IMG/VR virus record: IMGVR_UViG_3300021508_000002
Location: 1-57,620 of that record
Reading direction: 5' to 3' (one strand)
Length of the DNA: 57,620 nt
DNA from: a virus
Lineage: Duplodnaviria; Caudoviricetes
This document shows positions 27,301-37,053 of this stretch, piece by piece. Numbering within the stretch: the first letter of the stretch is position 1; the number at the start of each line of letters is the position of its first letter. Under the pieces are notes generated by a model. That model was not told where the DNA came from and did no database searches. It saw only the letters and a program-made list of their open reading frames with translations. Made by a program: the position numbers and the translations under genes.

Positions 27301-28744
27301 GTCTTGGGATTCAAAAACAGGAGGTTCATACGCCACAAATCCTTGGGGGACAGCACAATCAAAATTCAATCTATTTTCAGATGCGCAGACAGATTATACA
27401 GTTCTGTGTCATATGACCTTTAAATCACAGGCATCAAAAGCTGGCATTTGGGTTCGTTCAACAACAAACGGAAGCTTTACAGAGGGATACTTTTTGCAAT
27501 TTGATCAGGTTACAGATGAATTAAAATTATGGAGTATTCATAGTGGAGGACAATTTGATCAAATAAATCCTGCTACAGTTACAACCTCAATGACACTGAA
27601 CGATAGACATTTAATTAAGATAGACATTGTTGGAAGTTTAATAGAGGTTTTCATTAATAATATGACCGCTCCTATTATATCCCATACATTTATTCAGAAT
27701 CTCCACGCATCTGGTGGCGTTGTGTTATCTGCTGGATGGGATGGAACAAATGAAAACAACGTGCAATATGACAATTTGTATTGTACTCTTTGGGATGCTG
27801 CTACCGCACTTCCAACCGCACCGCTATCGTTAGTGGCTGCTGCTGGTGCAGTTCCCGAAACTGAAATAGATTTGACATGGCTAGTGCCTGCTAGTGATGG
27901 TGGGAGTGCAATTACAGGATATAGAATAGAGAGAGAGAGTCCTACAGGAAATGGGTTTGCGTTAATAGTAGCAGACACAGGAGATACGAATCTATCATAT
28001 AGTGACACTACTCTAACTAGTGGCGTTCAATATAATTATAGAGTTAGTGCCATTAATGGTGTGGGTACAGGGTCTTTTAGCAATTCAAGTTCGTTGAGCA
28101 CCACAACCTCTAATGTGTTGTTGACAATTGGAACTCCTGATTATCTTTATTCGGCAGATGTTGTTGTTGGTGTCGAACCTGTACAGCAAGTGATAGGAAG
28201 TCCTGACTACCAGACAATAGCATCTAGTGTAACTATTATCACAGGAATGAATGGACTGCCTGTCTGGAAGTTTTCAACAGTTGCCAGCTATATAAGGACA
28301 GTTACCAATATTGCTACAGTGCCTCAGGGGTTCTATAGATTCATGCTCATTGAATTCAAATCTATATCTGGAGGTAACGAGTATTTTGGAGACGGCAACG
28401 CTGCTCCTGCTCCGAATAGGATAGGTCTAAAATCTGGGAAGTGGGCTATTTATGGTGGCTCGTGGGTTGAATCTACCTCTTCTCCCGTTGTTGACACGCC
28501 TTATTTAATTGAAATATACGCAAATGGAGCGGCGTCATATATGAGGGTTAACGACTTAGAGGTTCTTTCTGGCAATCCTGGATCAAACGACTTAAGAGGC
28601 ACGGTTTTGGGTAATCTCAGTGCGATGAACGCAGGGTGTGACGTTGAAATAGGTCTGGATTATGTTAATTCTTCGAATTTATCAGCGCAAAATCTTCTTG
28701 ACATTAGAACAGAGATAGCAACGATGGCAGGAATTTCCCTATAA
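24380..28744 (+). CDS. Large tail fibre/adhesin with internal repeats, cadherin-like, 2x FN3 and lectin-like domains
   Basis: 5x SG.V.GN.LT..LSD.S....DV.TL repeats; I.EN...G.L...FNFE (cadherin-like); two W..P.SDGG..ITGY.IER...YRV.AIN.VG FN3 domains. Confidence 0.8.
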   Translation: MLNFEQEIRRKIQYLVEQIQCIKEGGCAFTEPLLDYNSSNDTLSSTYVNNQTKTALIQLPKKTSDLINDGDGVSGPFGTGGTGGIGDMVKTVYDPDSINANAFDYNNLINVPINSDVKVVSGFVVGNNLTLVLSDNNNVIIDVTTLVDGGSDIRVSSGSVSGNNLTLTLSDSSTVVIDVSTLVTGLDVKLISGTVLGNDLTFTLSDSSTIIVDVSTLVGGGSANPLVQNLTLPNITDVLSTQGVQNALNLLTDIKLTSGVILGTSLLLTLSDSTIVSVDVTTLTDTGSDTVPVSGVVVGNNLTITMSDASTIIVDVTTLSGGGSGNPLVQDLTSPNAIDVLSTQGIQDALNAMGGGGTDDEKWIPNHDYAAKETFTISPTQQNAVLASGQKLTLGKVYSVYYDVATTSSATLVLSEILKLELSNPNELVKSREFVNGSMLFDGNVIYDTIHVQSGVESFALVSSADNVPGAEHYLKYTSNGDVINSTAVFNDFGKGVFAYMQSNPDTYELKFEYIKTDNIEEIWITAKRAESVGVSDVTGQHQGSYNEGDTLPDATINSGDFIFISKNNNEFWIQVSNGATWVDDKQIVDPIAIQALTIANNVQIQLNDISVVSRPFTPVITFDRDVTHAPIYNQTGDITLSLASSGNITGKSQFVRFVSNGGQINFPTAFKEMQLGMINYMISNPGSYPFMTMYMEEIGEVWMSSPRASSGDASTPQVATIVTLSVLTIQENNTLNQEIGDLGSDAVPDATSYVLAGADAAHFNVFDNGGILKLRATTLFNFEAPGSAASSNDYSLTFAAVNSEGTQVTPTSITVSVTDVSEAGNTVPDHVVNIFVRPDAGAIDDAIHIQWELPISDGGTPITGYQIERSTVLGGAWSVLVVDTGNTNLEYIDTGVGEGFYALYRVAAINNVGTGIAFGIATAITVDLISGGGFTGAVDNFNTHAVGTSPSTFDELLGNSVTEDISGGVIRALSWDSKTGGSYATNPWGTAQSKFNLFSDAQTDYTVLCHMTFKSQASKAGIWVRSTTNGSFTEGYFLQFDQVTDELKLWSIHSGGQFDQINPATVTTSMTLNDRHLIKIDIVGSLIEVFINNMTAPIISHTFIQNLHASGGVVLSAGWDGTNENNVQYDNLYCTLWDAATALPTAPLSLVAAAGAVPETEIDLTWLVPASDGGSAITGYRIERESPTGNGFALIVADTGDTNLSYSDTTLTSGVQYNYRVSAINGVGTGSFSNSSSLSTTTSNVLLTIGTPDYLYSADVVVGVEPVQQVIGSPDYQTIASSVTIITGMNGLPVWKFSTVASYIRTVTNIATVPQGFYRFMLIEFKSISGGNEYFGDGNAAPAPNRIGLKSGKWAIYGGSWVESTSSPVVDTPYLIEIYANGAASYMRVNDLEVLSGNPGSNDLRGTVLGNLSAMNAGCDVEIGLDYVNSSNLSAQNLLDIRTEIATMAGISL

Positions 28745-28756
28745 ATTAAAATAATT

Positions 28757-30439
28757 ATGATGTCAACATTTCTATTCTCATTGTCTAGGAGCTCTTCAGT
28801 AAGCGTTCCTCCATCATTCCCGCCTGTTTCTGGACAAGAGGAATCTTTTGAGATTTTGCCAAAGAAGATGGTAAATCTGTCGTATAATTCTTCATCTAAA
28901 GTATATGAAAAGACTTCTGGAAATCAAAAATATGATGCAGGATTTATTGCCGACAAAATGATTTTCGCAAATACAGGAGCTGTCATATGTCAAGTGGAAG
29001 GCGAAGATGTGAGTAGATTCATTGCTTTAAGTGCCGATCATCAGAACTGGTCGTTTGAAACAATGGATTTCGGATTACTTTTTGGCAATAACGGAGCTTG
29101 TCAAATTAATGAAAATACAGTACCTGCAACTCAGAACTTACAGCCAATTGCGTATCAAGATGTGTGGTTCAAAATAGAGGTAACTCCTGACTTGAATGAC
29201 AGCCTATTGGGAAATGTAAAGTACTATTCTAGTACAGATGGCATAAGCTGGGGAAGTCCAATTTATGAGTCAAATAATAAGACTCCATATCCGATTTACG
29301 TTACAAGCTCTCTTTATAACATCGGAAATAAATTAAAAAACTGCTCCATTGTTGGCACAAATATTGTCGATACAATTTTACCGTTAAAATTTGTAAAAAA
29401 GTTTTTATCTGACAATAATTATAACGCCTTCGGTCAATCATTTTCATACTATAATTCAAACGGAAATATACCAATAGATGAAGTCCATCATTACACAAGA
29501 GCAGGAGTAGGTGGACATATAGGCGTCTATGCATATACCATTAAAAATGTCTATCATAAATCTACAGATACGTGGGATGCCCCAATAAATGTCATTGATG
29601 AAGGGAATGCATACGATTTAAGAGACCCGAGAGGTGGTTATATTGGGAATACATTATTTATTTTCATGCAAAAAAATACCACAAATTTGGCGGAGCAAAA
29701 ATTCGGATATTACAAGTCCTCAAATAATGGGGCTTCTTTTGGTGGCTTTACAGAAATACTCGGATATGACGAAAAGAGGGCTTTCCCTTTTGGGTATTTG
29801 CAGCCGTCAAATGTCCCTGGCACATATTTTCAATATTTTACAGATTTTGACCATAATGCAAATTCAAAATATAACAACTATATTTTGAAAACGATTGACA
29901 ATGGCATTAACTGGACTATTATCAAAATTAATTCAGGGCTGACGGTTAATGATTTTATAACAGAAAGTGCATTGTCTTGGCTTGGTGGACAGAAATACTT
30001 ACTTCTTATGAGAAATGGTTCTGGGGTGTTAATGCAAATGACGTCCTCCGACAACTGGCAAACTTGGACTAGTCCTGTTGTCACTAATTTAGGCGGTACT
30101 GGTTATCCCGCTAGTCTATTGCCGACAATGTGCGACATATATTATAACCACCCAACTGATGATTTATATATAATTTACCAAGACAGAACTATCGGAAGAA
30201 TTGAGGGAATTAAAGTAAAATCAGTCGATGTATTTTCTTCTCCAACAAATTATCCTGCACCGATTTTTACAGAAAGAAATAGGCAGGGCATTCATAACGG
30301 AATTGGATACCCTTCAATCATAAAAATTCAAGACAATCCTTTAAAACTTCACATGGTATACAGCGATGAGTCAACTCCTGAGAGGACAAATGATTTTTGT
30401 GATGCGAAATATACACTATTTGATGAAAATTTAAGATAA
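28757..30439 (+). CDS. BNR/Asp-box beta-propeller (sialidase-like) protein
   Basis: Asp boxes SSNNGASF, TIDNGINW, SSDNWQTW; RDP, ESAL and GYPS motifs. Confidence 0.75.
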   Translation: MMSTFLFSLSRSSSVSVPPSFPPVSGQEESFEILPKKMVNLSYNSSSKVYEKTSGNQKYDAGFIADKMIFANTGAVICQVEGEDVSRFIALSADHQNWSFETMDFGLLFGNNGACQINENTVPATQNLQPIAYQDVWFKIEVTPDLNDSLLGNVKYYSSTDGISWGSPIYESNNKTPYPIYVTSSLYNIGNKLKNCSIVGTNIVDTILPLKFVKKFLSDNNYNAFGQSFSYYNSNGNIPIDEVHHYTRAGVGGHIGVYAYTIKNVYHKSTDTWDAPINVIDEGNAYDLRDPRGGYIGNTLFIFMQKNTTNLAEQKFGYYKSSNNGASFGGFTEILGYDEKRAFPFGYLQPSNVPGTYFQYFTDFDHNANSKYNNYILKTIDNGINWTIIKINSGLTVNDFITESALSWLGGQKYLLLMRNGSGVLMQMTSSDNWQTWTSPVVTNLGGTGYPASLLPTMCDIYYNHPTDDLYIIYQDRTIGRIEGIKVKSVDVFSSPTNYPAPIFTERNRQGIHNGIGYPSIIKIQDNPLKLHMVYSDESTPERTNDFCDAKYTLFDENLR

Positions 30440-30445
30440 TAATTT

Positions 30446-30547
30446 ATGAAAAAAATAGCAACAAAATTTTTGACAACATTAGTTTTGACAATAATTATCT
30501 TGACTGAAAATGCCACAACGTATTACGTAAGAACAACAAATATATAA
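30446..30547 (+). pseudogene. Orphan signal-peptide remnant, in frame with the next gene
   Basis: MKKIATKFLTTLVLTIIILTENA-TTYYVRTTNI*. One TAA and 8 codons separate it from MATYYIS at 30572. Confidence 0.55.
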
Positions 30548-30571
30548 TTATCTAATGGTAAAATTATAAGA

Positions 30572-33283
30572 ATGGCAACATACTATATATCAACAACTGG
30601 AACAATTACAGCAGCAGGTACAGAACTTGATCCATATTCAATGAAATATTTAGAACTTGCAAATAATCATGCAGGAGATACATTTCTAGTTAAGAATGGA
30701 GAGTATAATAAAAATTGGAAATTCTTAGTATTTGGAGTGGCAGGTAATCCAGTTAAAGTGAAAGCAGAGAATTGGAAACAAGCAAAGATAGTAGGAGGTA
30801 CAAATAAGTATGATAATAAAAGATCAGTTATAAAATTATCAGGCCCCTTTTGTTGGGTTATGGATTTTGAGATATTTGATAACAATCAAAAGAGGATATG
30901 GATTAATTGGAGTGATGATATTTTAATGAGTACTGGTTGCGAATTATTTGCTCCAGGAACTAAATTTATTAATAATTCCATAAACAACCTAATAGAGGGT
31001 ATAGAATGTTGGAGTACAGCCGAAGGAGCTGCTAATAGAAACGATGCTGCGGAAGCTCATTTTAATGTTATATATAATATAGGATTAGACTTCTCAGATG
31101 ACCCCAGACCACAATCAGGCCATGGCCATGCTATATACGCTCAGAATAAAGAAGGGGCAGATTTACCTAAATACTTTACAGGTAATACTATATGGGGAAA
31201 TTTTGCAGAAGGTATTCATTTTTATACTGAAGGGGGTAATATAAAAAGCATGGTTTGCCAAGATAATTCTGTCTTTAATATGATTGGGTATGCTATAGAT
31301 AAGATTAAATCAAGAGCTACCATTATTGGATCACTTAGTAAAACATTTGATAATTTAGTTTATGAAAGAAATATAATATTCGAAGAAGCAGTAAGTATAG
31401 GATACGGTAATCCTTGGCAACAAAATGTAAAGGTTAATGATAATGCTTTTTACACCCCATCAGGAATAACAATGAAAAGATTCTTTGGTGCAGGAACAGA
31501 AGTCAAAAGGAATATATTCCATACAGAAAATGGTACTCTATTTAATTACTCATTATCTGTACAGAGTGATTTAGATTTACTAAATCTTCATGATAACAGT
31601 ATGATAAATACTTCTACACAATGGTCTACTGTTATTGGAATCCAACCTCCTGGTGGAGGTACTACTCAGTTAACAGAACCCAATTGGGGACCAAATTCCG
31701 TTAACAATACAGTCACCACAACCCCTCCCCCATTAAATATAAAAATTACAACTAATGATTATGATAATAATTTCATAAAAGTAACAATAGTAAATTATGC
31801 AGCTACTAATACGGTTAATGTGACTACAATGCCTTTTGTGAATGGTGATATTTTGGAAATATATGATACTCAAAATATGAATGGAACTCCAATAAGTATA
31901 ACATATAATGGTAGTTCTTATGATTTCCCCATGAATAATACAGATTTTGCACCTCTTTTCCAAAATGATGTAGATGTATCCCACGCTTCCCATACAGATA
32001 GTAGATTTGCAGAATTTTTAGTTAGAAGAGTGACAGGAAGTGGAAATCCTACTCCAGATCAAATTATTGCAAAGAATGATACAGGTAATAATTTAGAAGA
32101 GGGTATTGCTGGTCAAATTGTTGCATCTGTATTAAATGATAATGGGAATGGAGTGGACATATTAGATGGAGTAGCAGCGACTCTTGCTGCTGTAACAATA
32201 TCACTTGTTAGTAAAACTGATATTGGAATTTCCTTAAATACAGTTACAGGGGAAGTGACAGTTGATGCAAATGTTTTAGTAGGGAATCATAATTTAGTTT
32301 ATCAAATATGTCAACAATCTGATCCAACAAATTGCGATAATGGTACCATTACATTTAGTATCACTAATACTGCACCAACGATTCAAGCAGTCAATTCATT
32401 CACATTATATGATGGAAGTCAAAATATAGTAAGTGGATTCACAACCATTCCAAATAATGCGGTAATCAATCTCCAAAGTGTGCCAACCTCATTGAACATA
32501 CGTGCGAATACAACCCCAACAATAGTTGGGAGTGTATATTTTCAGCTTGATGCAGCGTTTACAGGAGAAAATGTAGCACCCTATGATTGGTTTGGAAACG
32601 GTTCGGGCACTTTTTCATTAGGAGCACATACTATTACAGCAACTCCATATACAGAAATAGGACAAGCGGGAGCAATTGGCACCCCATTAACAATAAACTT
32701 TACAGTAATAGATACTTCATCTACACCTATTCAAGCTTTTAATGATAGTTTTTCCGGAGATACAGATGGAGGAGATGTTGGTATAGTGACAGAAAATGAT
32801 TTATTCAACAATATAAATGCTGATATTAATTTAATTACAGCTACTCTAACTAGTGATGGTGGAAGTGGGGCTAGCATAACTGGTGGTAATACTCTAAGCA
32901 TGCCTATAGGTATTAATTCAGGAACATATAACCTCACTTACGAAATTTGTGAAATAGCCTCCCCAGCCAATTGTGATTCAGCAAATATTACTGTAGTGAT
33001 TACTGACCCTGTTTCTGGAAAAACAGAACAGGTAAATTTCCAAACTACTTTCAGAATCTATAAAGATAATATTAGTGATGTATATTCTGTAGATTTTACT
33101 GTTGATACAGTTGTTGAAAAAATATTAGTATATACAGAACAGGGGGACCTTGTCATATTTAAAGACTATTTAAACCAAGTAAATGAAAAAGTATATGAAT
33201 TAACTGGTGTAACGGCTGGTAGTTTTTATATTGTGATATATTTTCAAGGTTATTATATTGGAGAATTTATTACTTTAGATTAA
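30572..33283 (+). CDS. Right-handed beta-helix (pectin-lyase-like) protein with Ig-like domains and degenerate T9SS C-terminal domain
   Basis: ATYYIS..G...AAGT..DP...AGDT..V..G.Y start, Asn-rich coils, GHAIY.QN, two A.ND...YQIC/YEIC....NCD repeats, CTD-like tail. Confidence 0.75.
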   Translation: MATYYISTTGTITAAGTELDPYSMKYLELANNHAGDTFLVKNGEYNKNWKFLVFGVAGNPVKVKAENWKQAKIVGGTNKYDNKRSVIKLSGPFCWVMDFEIFDNNQKRIWINWSDDILMSTGCELFAPGTKFINNSINNLIEGIECWSTAEGAANRNDAAEAHFNVIYNIGLDFSDDPRPQSGHGHAIYAQNKEGADLPKYFTGNTIWGNFAEGIHFYTEGGNIKSMVCQDNSVFNMIGYAIDKIKSRATIIGSLSKTFDNLVYERNIIFEEAVSIGYGNPWQQNVKVNDNAFYTPSGITMKRFFGAGTEVKRNIFHTENGTLFNYSLSVQSDLDLLNLHDNSMINTSTQWSTVIGIQPPGGGTTQLTEPNWGPNSVNNTVTTTPPPLNIKITTNDYDNNFIKVTIVNYAATNTVNVTTMPFVNGDILEIYDTQNMNGTPISITYNGSSYDFPMNNTDFAPLFQNDVDVSHASHTDSRFAEFLVRRVTGSGNPTPDQIIAKNDTGNNLEEGIAGQIVASVLNDNGNGVDILDGVAATLAAVTISLVSKTDIGISLNTVTGEVTVDANVLVGNHNLVYQICQQSDPTNCDNGTITFSITNTAPTIQAVNSFTLYDGSQNIVSGFTTIPNNAVINLQSVPTSLNIRANTTPTIVGSVYFQLDAAFTGENVAPYDWFGNGSGTFSLGAHTITATPYTEIGQAGAIGTPLTINFTVIDTSSTPIQAFNDSFSGDTDGGDVGIVTENDLFNNINADINLITATLTSDGGSGASITGGNTLSMPIGINSGTYNLTYEICEIASPANCDSANITVVITDPVSGKTEQVNFQTTFRIYKDNISDVYSVDFTVDTVVEKILVYTEQGDLVIFKDYLNQVNEKVYELTGVTAGSFYIVIYFQGYYIGEFITLD

Positions 33284-33405
33284 AGAGAGTAATTTTTATG
33301 AATAGAGCGTAAAACTCATTAATCAATTTTTCAGGAGTTGATGCTATGTAAGTTGTCCTATTAAATAAGATATTTTAAATATTAAATTATAGTTACCTTT
33401 GCATC

Positions 33406-33786
33406 ATGCAAGAGATAGACAAATACAATAGTCCGGGTTATTCTGTGATCCAGACGTGGAAGATGTATGCTCTTTTCTTAGCACCCATAATCACAAGTAT
33501 TGGTATCCTCGCTTTCATTGTTAGAAAAACCGACTTGACTTTTGACAATCAAAAACAAAAATATGATACAGTCCAGCACCACGAAAATGGGTATAGTCAT
33601 ATGACCTTTGAAAAAGGAAATAAAATAGAAGTTCTCGATTTAAAAGTAAATAGTCTGATAAAAGAGCAACAGGAAATGAATACTAAAATAGATAATGAAG
33701 CCATTAGGAGTAAAGGGGCTGACAAAAAATTGGGAGGGGACTTGGCGGAAATAAAAGTTAAAATTGATAATATCAATAAAAAATAG
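33406..33786 (+). CDS. Single-TM coiled-coil protein (lysis-module candidate)
   Basis: One TM helix plus a coiled coil; ATG 4 nt after TACCTTTG. Confidence 0.6.
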   Translation: MQEIDKYNSPGYSVIQTWKMYALFLAPIITSIGILAFIVRKTDLTFDNQKQKYDTVQHHENGYSHMTFEKGNKIEVLDLKVNSLIKEQQEMNTKIDNEAIRSKGADKKLGGDLAEIKVKIDNINKK

Positions 33787-33813
33787 TATATTTGCCCAAA
33801 CTAAATAAAAATT

Positions 33814-33984
33814 ATGAAAGGTTATAAAACATTAATTTTCAATATTATTGCAGCTCTGCTTATGATAGCAGAGAATTATGGAGTGACATTTGGATTATCA
33901 GCGGAAATAGTAGGGTACATTGCCGTTATAGGTAATTTTGTGCTAAGATTTTTCACTACGACTTCTGTATTGAAATCTGAATAG
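33814..33984 (+). CDS. Small holin-like protein (56 aa)
   Basis: Hand translation MKGYKTLIFNIIAALLMIAENYGVTFGLSAEIVGYIAVIGNFVLRFFTTTSVLKSE*; two TM helices. Confidence 0.65.
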   Translation: MKGYKTLIFNIIAALLMIAENYGVTFGLSAEIVGYIAVIGNFVLRFFTTTSVLKSE

Positions 33985-34025
33985 ATAACATATTTTAGTG
34001 TTTGTTTCAATTTGGTAAGTGTTTT

Positions 34026-34523
34026 ATGAATTATTTAAAGAGTCTGTTACAAATAGTTGTAATAACTGCAGGCCTTTTTTTCACTTCAGAGTCTTTTAGT
34101 CAAAAGAAAGATGTTAATTTCTGGGCTAATAGATACAAATACACAGTGCCATTAATGTTCACTTCTGGTATAGTCGATGGTCATGTAGAGATTTTAAATC
34201 ATAAGTATCACAAGTTCAAAGAAAAGCATCCAAACGCCAATGATAAATTTTGGAACCCAAACATTTCTTGGCGGAATAAATGGAAAAATGGAGATAGGTC
34301 ACAAGGTGAGAAGTTTCTATTAAGCTCTACAATACTTGTCAGCACTACAGATGCCTATCATATGCTCAGAACCTATGAGCATGTGAGCACTGTAACGGCA
34401 GTAATTATACCTGTAGCAGGGAAAAGATATAAGTTTTGGGTATATTTGATTGACTTTTTGGTAATTTCAGGATCAAAATCGTTAGGGTTTTATTTAACTT
34501 ATGAGCTATATTATGAAGGGTGA
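34026..34523 (+). CDS. Hypothetical membrane protein
   Basis: Signal-like N-terminus, FWNP..SW.NKWKNG and TDAYH motifs, hydrophobic C-terminus. Confidence 0.65.
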   Translation: MNYLKSLLQIVVITAGLFFTSESFSQKKDVNFWANRYKYTVPLMFTSGIVDGHVEILNHKYHKFKEKHPNANDKFWNPNISWRNKWKNGDRSQGEKFLLSSTILVSTTDAYHMLRTYEHVSTVTAVIIPVAGKRYKFWVYLIDFLVISGSKSLGFYLTYELYYEG

Positions 34524-34878
34524 GCTAAAATCTATCATACAACTGCTTGTTATTTGCGTTCTTATATTAATGGCTTCCATAATATATTTTAAGGATAGAA
34601 AAATAACAAAACAAGAGGAAATTATAAGAATGATAAGTAAAGATAATGACATCGATAAAAACCTTTTGAAAAACGATTCTATAATTTCAAAAATGGACAG
34701 TATTATTAACGTAATTTATATTGATTCAGTAACTTACACGAATAATATTGATGTAATAATTGAAGAGAATAAGAAATTAAAGCACCAAATTTGGCGAAGT
34801 AGAAACGATAAAAAGTATAGGAATTTATTTGGTTGGTTAGAGGACAGTTTAAAATATTATACAGTATTTAAGAAGTAA
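34501..34878 (+). CDS. N-terminal TM coiled-coil protein (spanin-like candidate)
   Basis: TM helix followed by a helical domain, in the membrane-gene block. Confidence 0.5.
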   Translation: MSYIMKGELKSIIQLLVICVLILMASIIYFKDRKITKQEEIIRMISKDNDIDKNLLKNDSIISKMDSIINVIYIDSVTYTNNIDVIIEENKKLKHQIWRSRNDKKYRNLFGWLEDSLKYYTVFKK

Positions 34879-34906
34879 ATGGAAACGCCTTAAACCATTT
34901 GAAATC

Positions 34907-35281
34907 ATGAAAGAAATATTATTTGTAATATTATTGTTTTGTGCCCTTCCGTATTCATCGGCTCAGGGGATAGATGACTATGCTCCTGAGACTATTGCCA
35001 ATCTTAAGGCAGGTTACAACTGTAAACTCACCCTAGACAAGATGGAGCAACAAATTGATAGTATTGTATCAAGGGGCGCACGCCAATATCTAGCCTATCA
35101 GGCTCTAAATTCTTACATATCACAATTAAAGCAAAATAATTCTGATATGAAATTCAACAATAAAAGTCTTAAAGTGAGATTAGCAGAATTCGAAATAAAA
35201 GAAAAGAAATATGATAAGGAAAAGAGAATAATGAGAATTGTTGTTGGGGGTGTACTTTTACTAGTTGGACTTAGTTTATAA
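34907..35281 (+). CDS. Signal peptide + coiled coil + C-terminal TM protein (spanin-like candidate)
   Basis: Hydrophobic at both ends with a heptad-rich middle. Confidence 0.5.
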   Translation: MKEILFVILLFCALPYSSAQGIDDYAPETIANLKAGYNCKLTLDKMEQQIDSIVSRGARQYLAYQALNSYISQLKQNNSDMKFNNKSLKVRLAEFEIKEKKYDKEKRIMRIVVGGVLLLVGLSL

Positions 35282-35319
35282 TGTGAGTCAGTTTTACAAA
35301 ATACACCACTTTATAAAAC

Positions 35320-35688
35320 ATGATTCCTACAAATAAAAATTTATATTTTCTCCCAACGTTAATACTCTCCATATTTGTATTATTATCCCTACTTCAATAT
35401 AATTTCTTTACAAGAGACTATTATATTTTGCATAATACAGTTGTGATTTTATTTATATTGGTAACAATTAGTACTTTAATAGCTAAGTTAGTATCTAACT
35501 CCAAAAAATATGATTTATGGTTGAGACTTGTTTTGGCAGATTTGTTGATTTTTAATATGATTGAGTTGTTCAATTATATTTTAAATATAAAATATCAATT
35601 GTCTTTAGACTTAGAAGTAGCAATAATATTATCAATTATTTTCATAGTAGCTTTTGTCTACGTACACATAAAAAAGATAGATTTTTAA
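35320..35688 (+). CDS. Four-TM membrane protein
   Basis: Four hydrophobic segments. Confidence 0.6.
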   Translation: MIPTNKNLYFLPTLILSIFVLLSLLQYNFFTRDYYILHNTVVILFILVTISTLIAKLVSNSKKYDLWLRLVLADLLIFNMIELFNYILNIKYQLSLDLEVAIILSIIFIVAFVYVHIKKIDF

Positions 35689-35713
35689 TTATTTCCCACT
35701 AAAATTTAATATT

Positions 35714-37033
35714 TTGAAACATAAAGTGATTACTTTAATGAAAAAAAATGCAGGTAGTTTACCTGAAAATGAGACTTGGTATGGTGTGGCAGTGTCTTGT
35801 GGAATTAGTCCTAGGAACAAAAAAAGGGCCTTAACAGATTCTAAATATAAAATTAAAAGTGTATCAAGGAAAGCACAAAGCTATTGGCAATCTTATTTAA
35901 AACAGGAGAATAGACTAAAATTACAAAAACAAGTTTTTAAAGATGGGAAGATTTTTGTAGAGACTTATACAAAACAACCAGAACCTGCTCCTGAAGTAAA
36001 TTTAGATGATTTTTTTGTAGAGAAAATGACCACAAATCCACATGGAGGTTCTTGGATGAAGTATAAGAGGAAAGAGAATTTCTATACAGAAGAGCACCTA
36101 GAATCCCTAAAAGAAGTTCTAATTAAGGAAATAGAACCCGTTAAGTTTAAAGAACCAAAAAAGAATAATAAAAAAGCTTTGTTTGTTTATGGATCAGATA
36201 AACATATAGGAGCTTTAACAAAGGAGGGGTCCATCTATACTAACAAGTATGATAGACAAGAAATAAAAAATAGGGTAGTTGTAGAAACTTTAAAACTTGT
36301 CTTAGATTCAGTAGATTTATACGGAACTTTTGAAGATCTCTATATAATGGATTTAGGAGATGCTTTAGATGGGTTTAATCAAAAGACAACAGGTGGTCTT
36401 AGGGGGCACTCTGCTCATACATTACCACAACAATTAAATAATAGAGAGCAACATGATTTTTATGTAGAGACACATAAGATTCTTTTTGACTCCTTAGTTA
36501 AATTTCAAGTTGCCAAGAATATATTTTTCGTAGCTACATCTAATTCTAACCATGGTGGGGATTTTGAGTATGGTGCTATGAGAAATTTAGAAACTTACTT
36601 GAATGTAAAGTATCCACAAATAAAAACATATATATCTTACAAATCCTATAATCACTTGATTTATGGAGAGCATGCTATTATTTTTGGCCATGGGAAAGAT
36701 GATGAAGATATGAGAAATGGTTTACCACTTGTATTGAACCCTAAAGTTGAGATGGTACTTTCCGACTATCTTAGGGTGAATGATTTGAATAAATACAATG
36801 TAACGTTTGTTAGTGGTGACTTGCACCAATCAGCAGAGACTTATGCTAAGAATTTCAGATATAAAAAAGTCTTGTCTCAATTTGGTAGTAGCAAGTGGGC
36901 ACATACAAATTTTGGGTCTGGTACTCCAGGGGTATCTTATGAGGTGTTCTTTAAAGAGAGTCCAGTTATAATAAAACAAGATAAGTTTTTCGATATAGGG
37001 AATCAGTCTAATACCGGCATAGAATTCTCCTAA
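35714..37033 (+). CDS. Calcineurin-like metallophosphoesterase
   Basis: SDKHIG, LGDALDG, SNHG, GHG and GDLHQ motifs. Confidence 0.85.
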   Translation: MKHKVITLMKKNAGSLPENETWYGVAVSCGISPRNKKRALTDSKYKIKSVSRKAQSYWQSYLKQENRLKLQKQVFKDGKIFVETYTKQPEPAPEVNLDDFFVEKMTTNPHGGSWMKYKRKENFYTEEHLESLKEVLIKEIEPVKFKEPKKNNKKALFVYGSDKHIGALTKEGSIYTNKYDRQEIKNRVVVETLKLVLDSVDLYGTFEDLYIMDLGDALDGFNQKTTGGLRGHSAHTLPQQLNNREQHDFYVETHKILFDSLVKFQVAKNIFFVATSNSNHGGDFEYGAMRNLETYLNVKYPQIKTYISYKSYNHLIYGEHAIIFGHGKDDEDMRNGLPLVLNPKVEMVLSDYLRVNDLNKYNVTFVSGDLHQSAETYAKNFRYKKVLSQFGSSKWAHTNFGSGTPGVSYEVFFKESPVIIKQDKFFDIGNQSNTGIEFS

Positions 37034-37053
37034 ATTCTCCTTACCTTTGTGGG

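Noticed and set aside
21550-33283. Diversity-generating retroelement acting on tail fibres
   Set aside because: No reverse transcriptase and no TR/VR pair with adenine-specific mismatches seen; the repeats are ordinary domain duplications.
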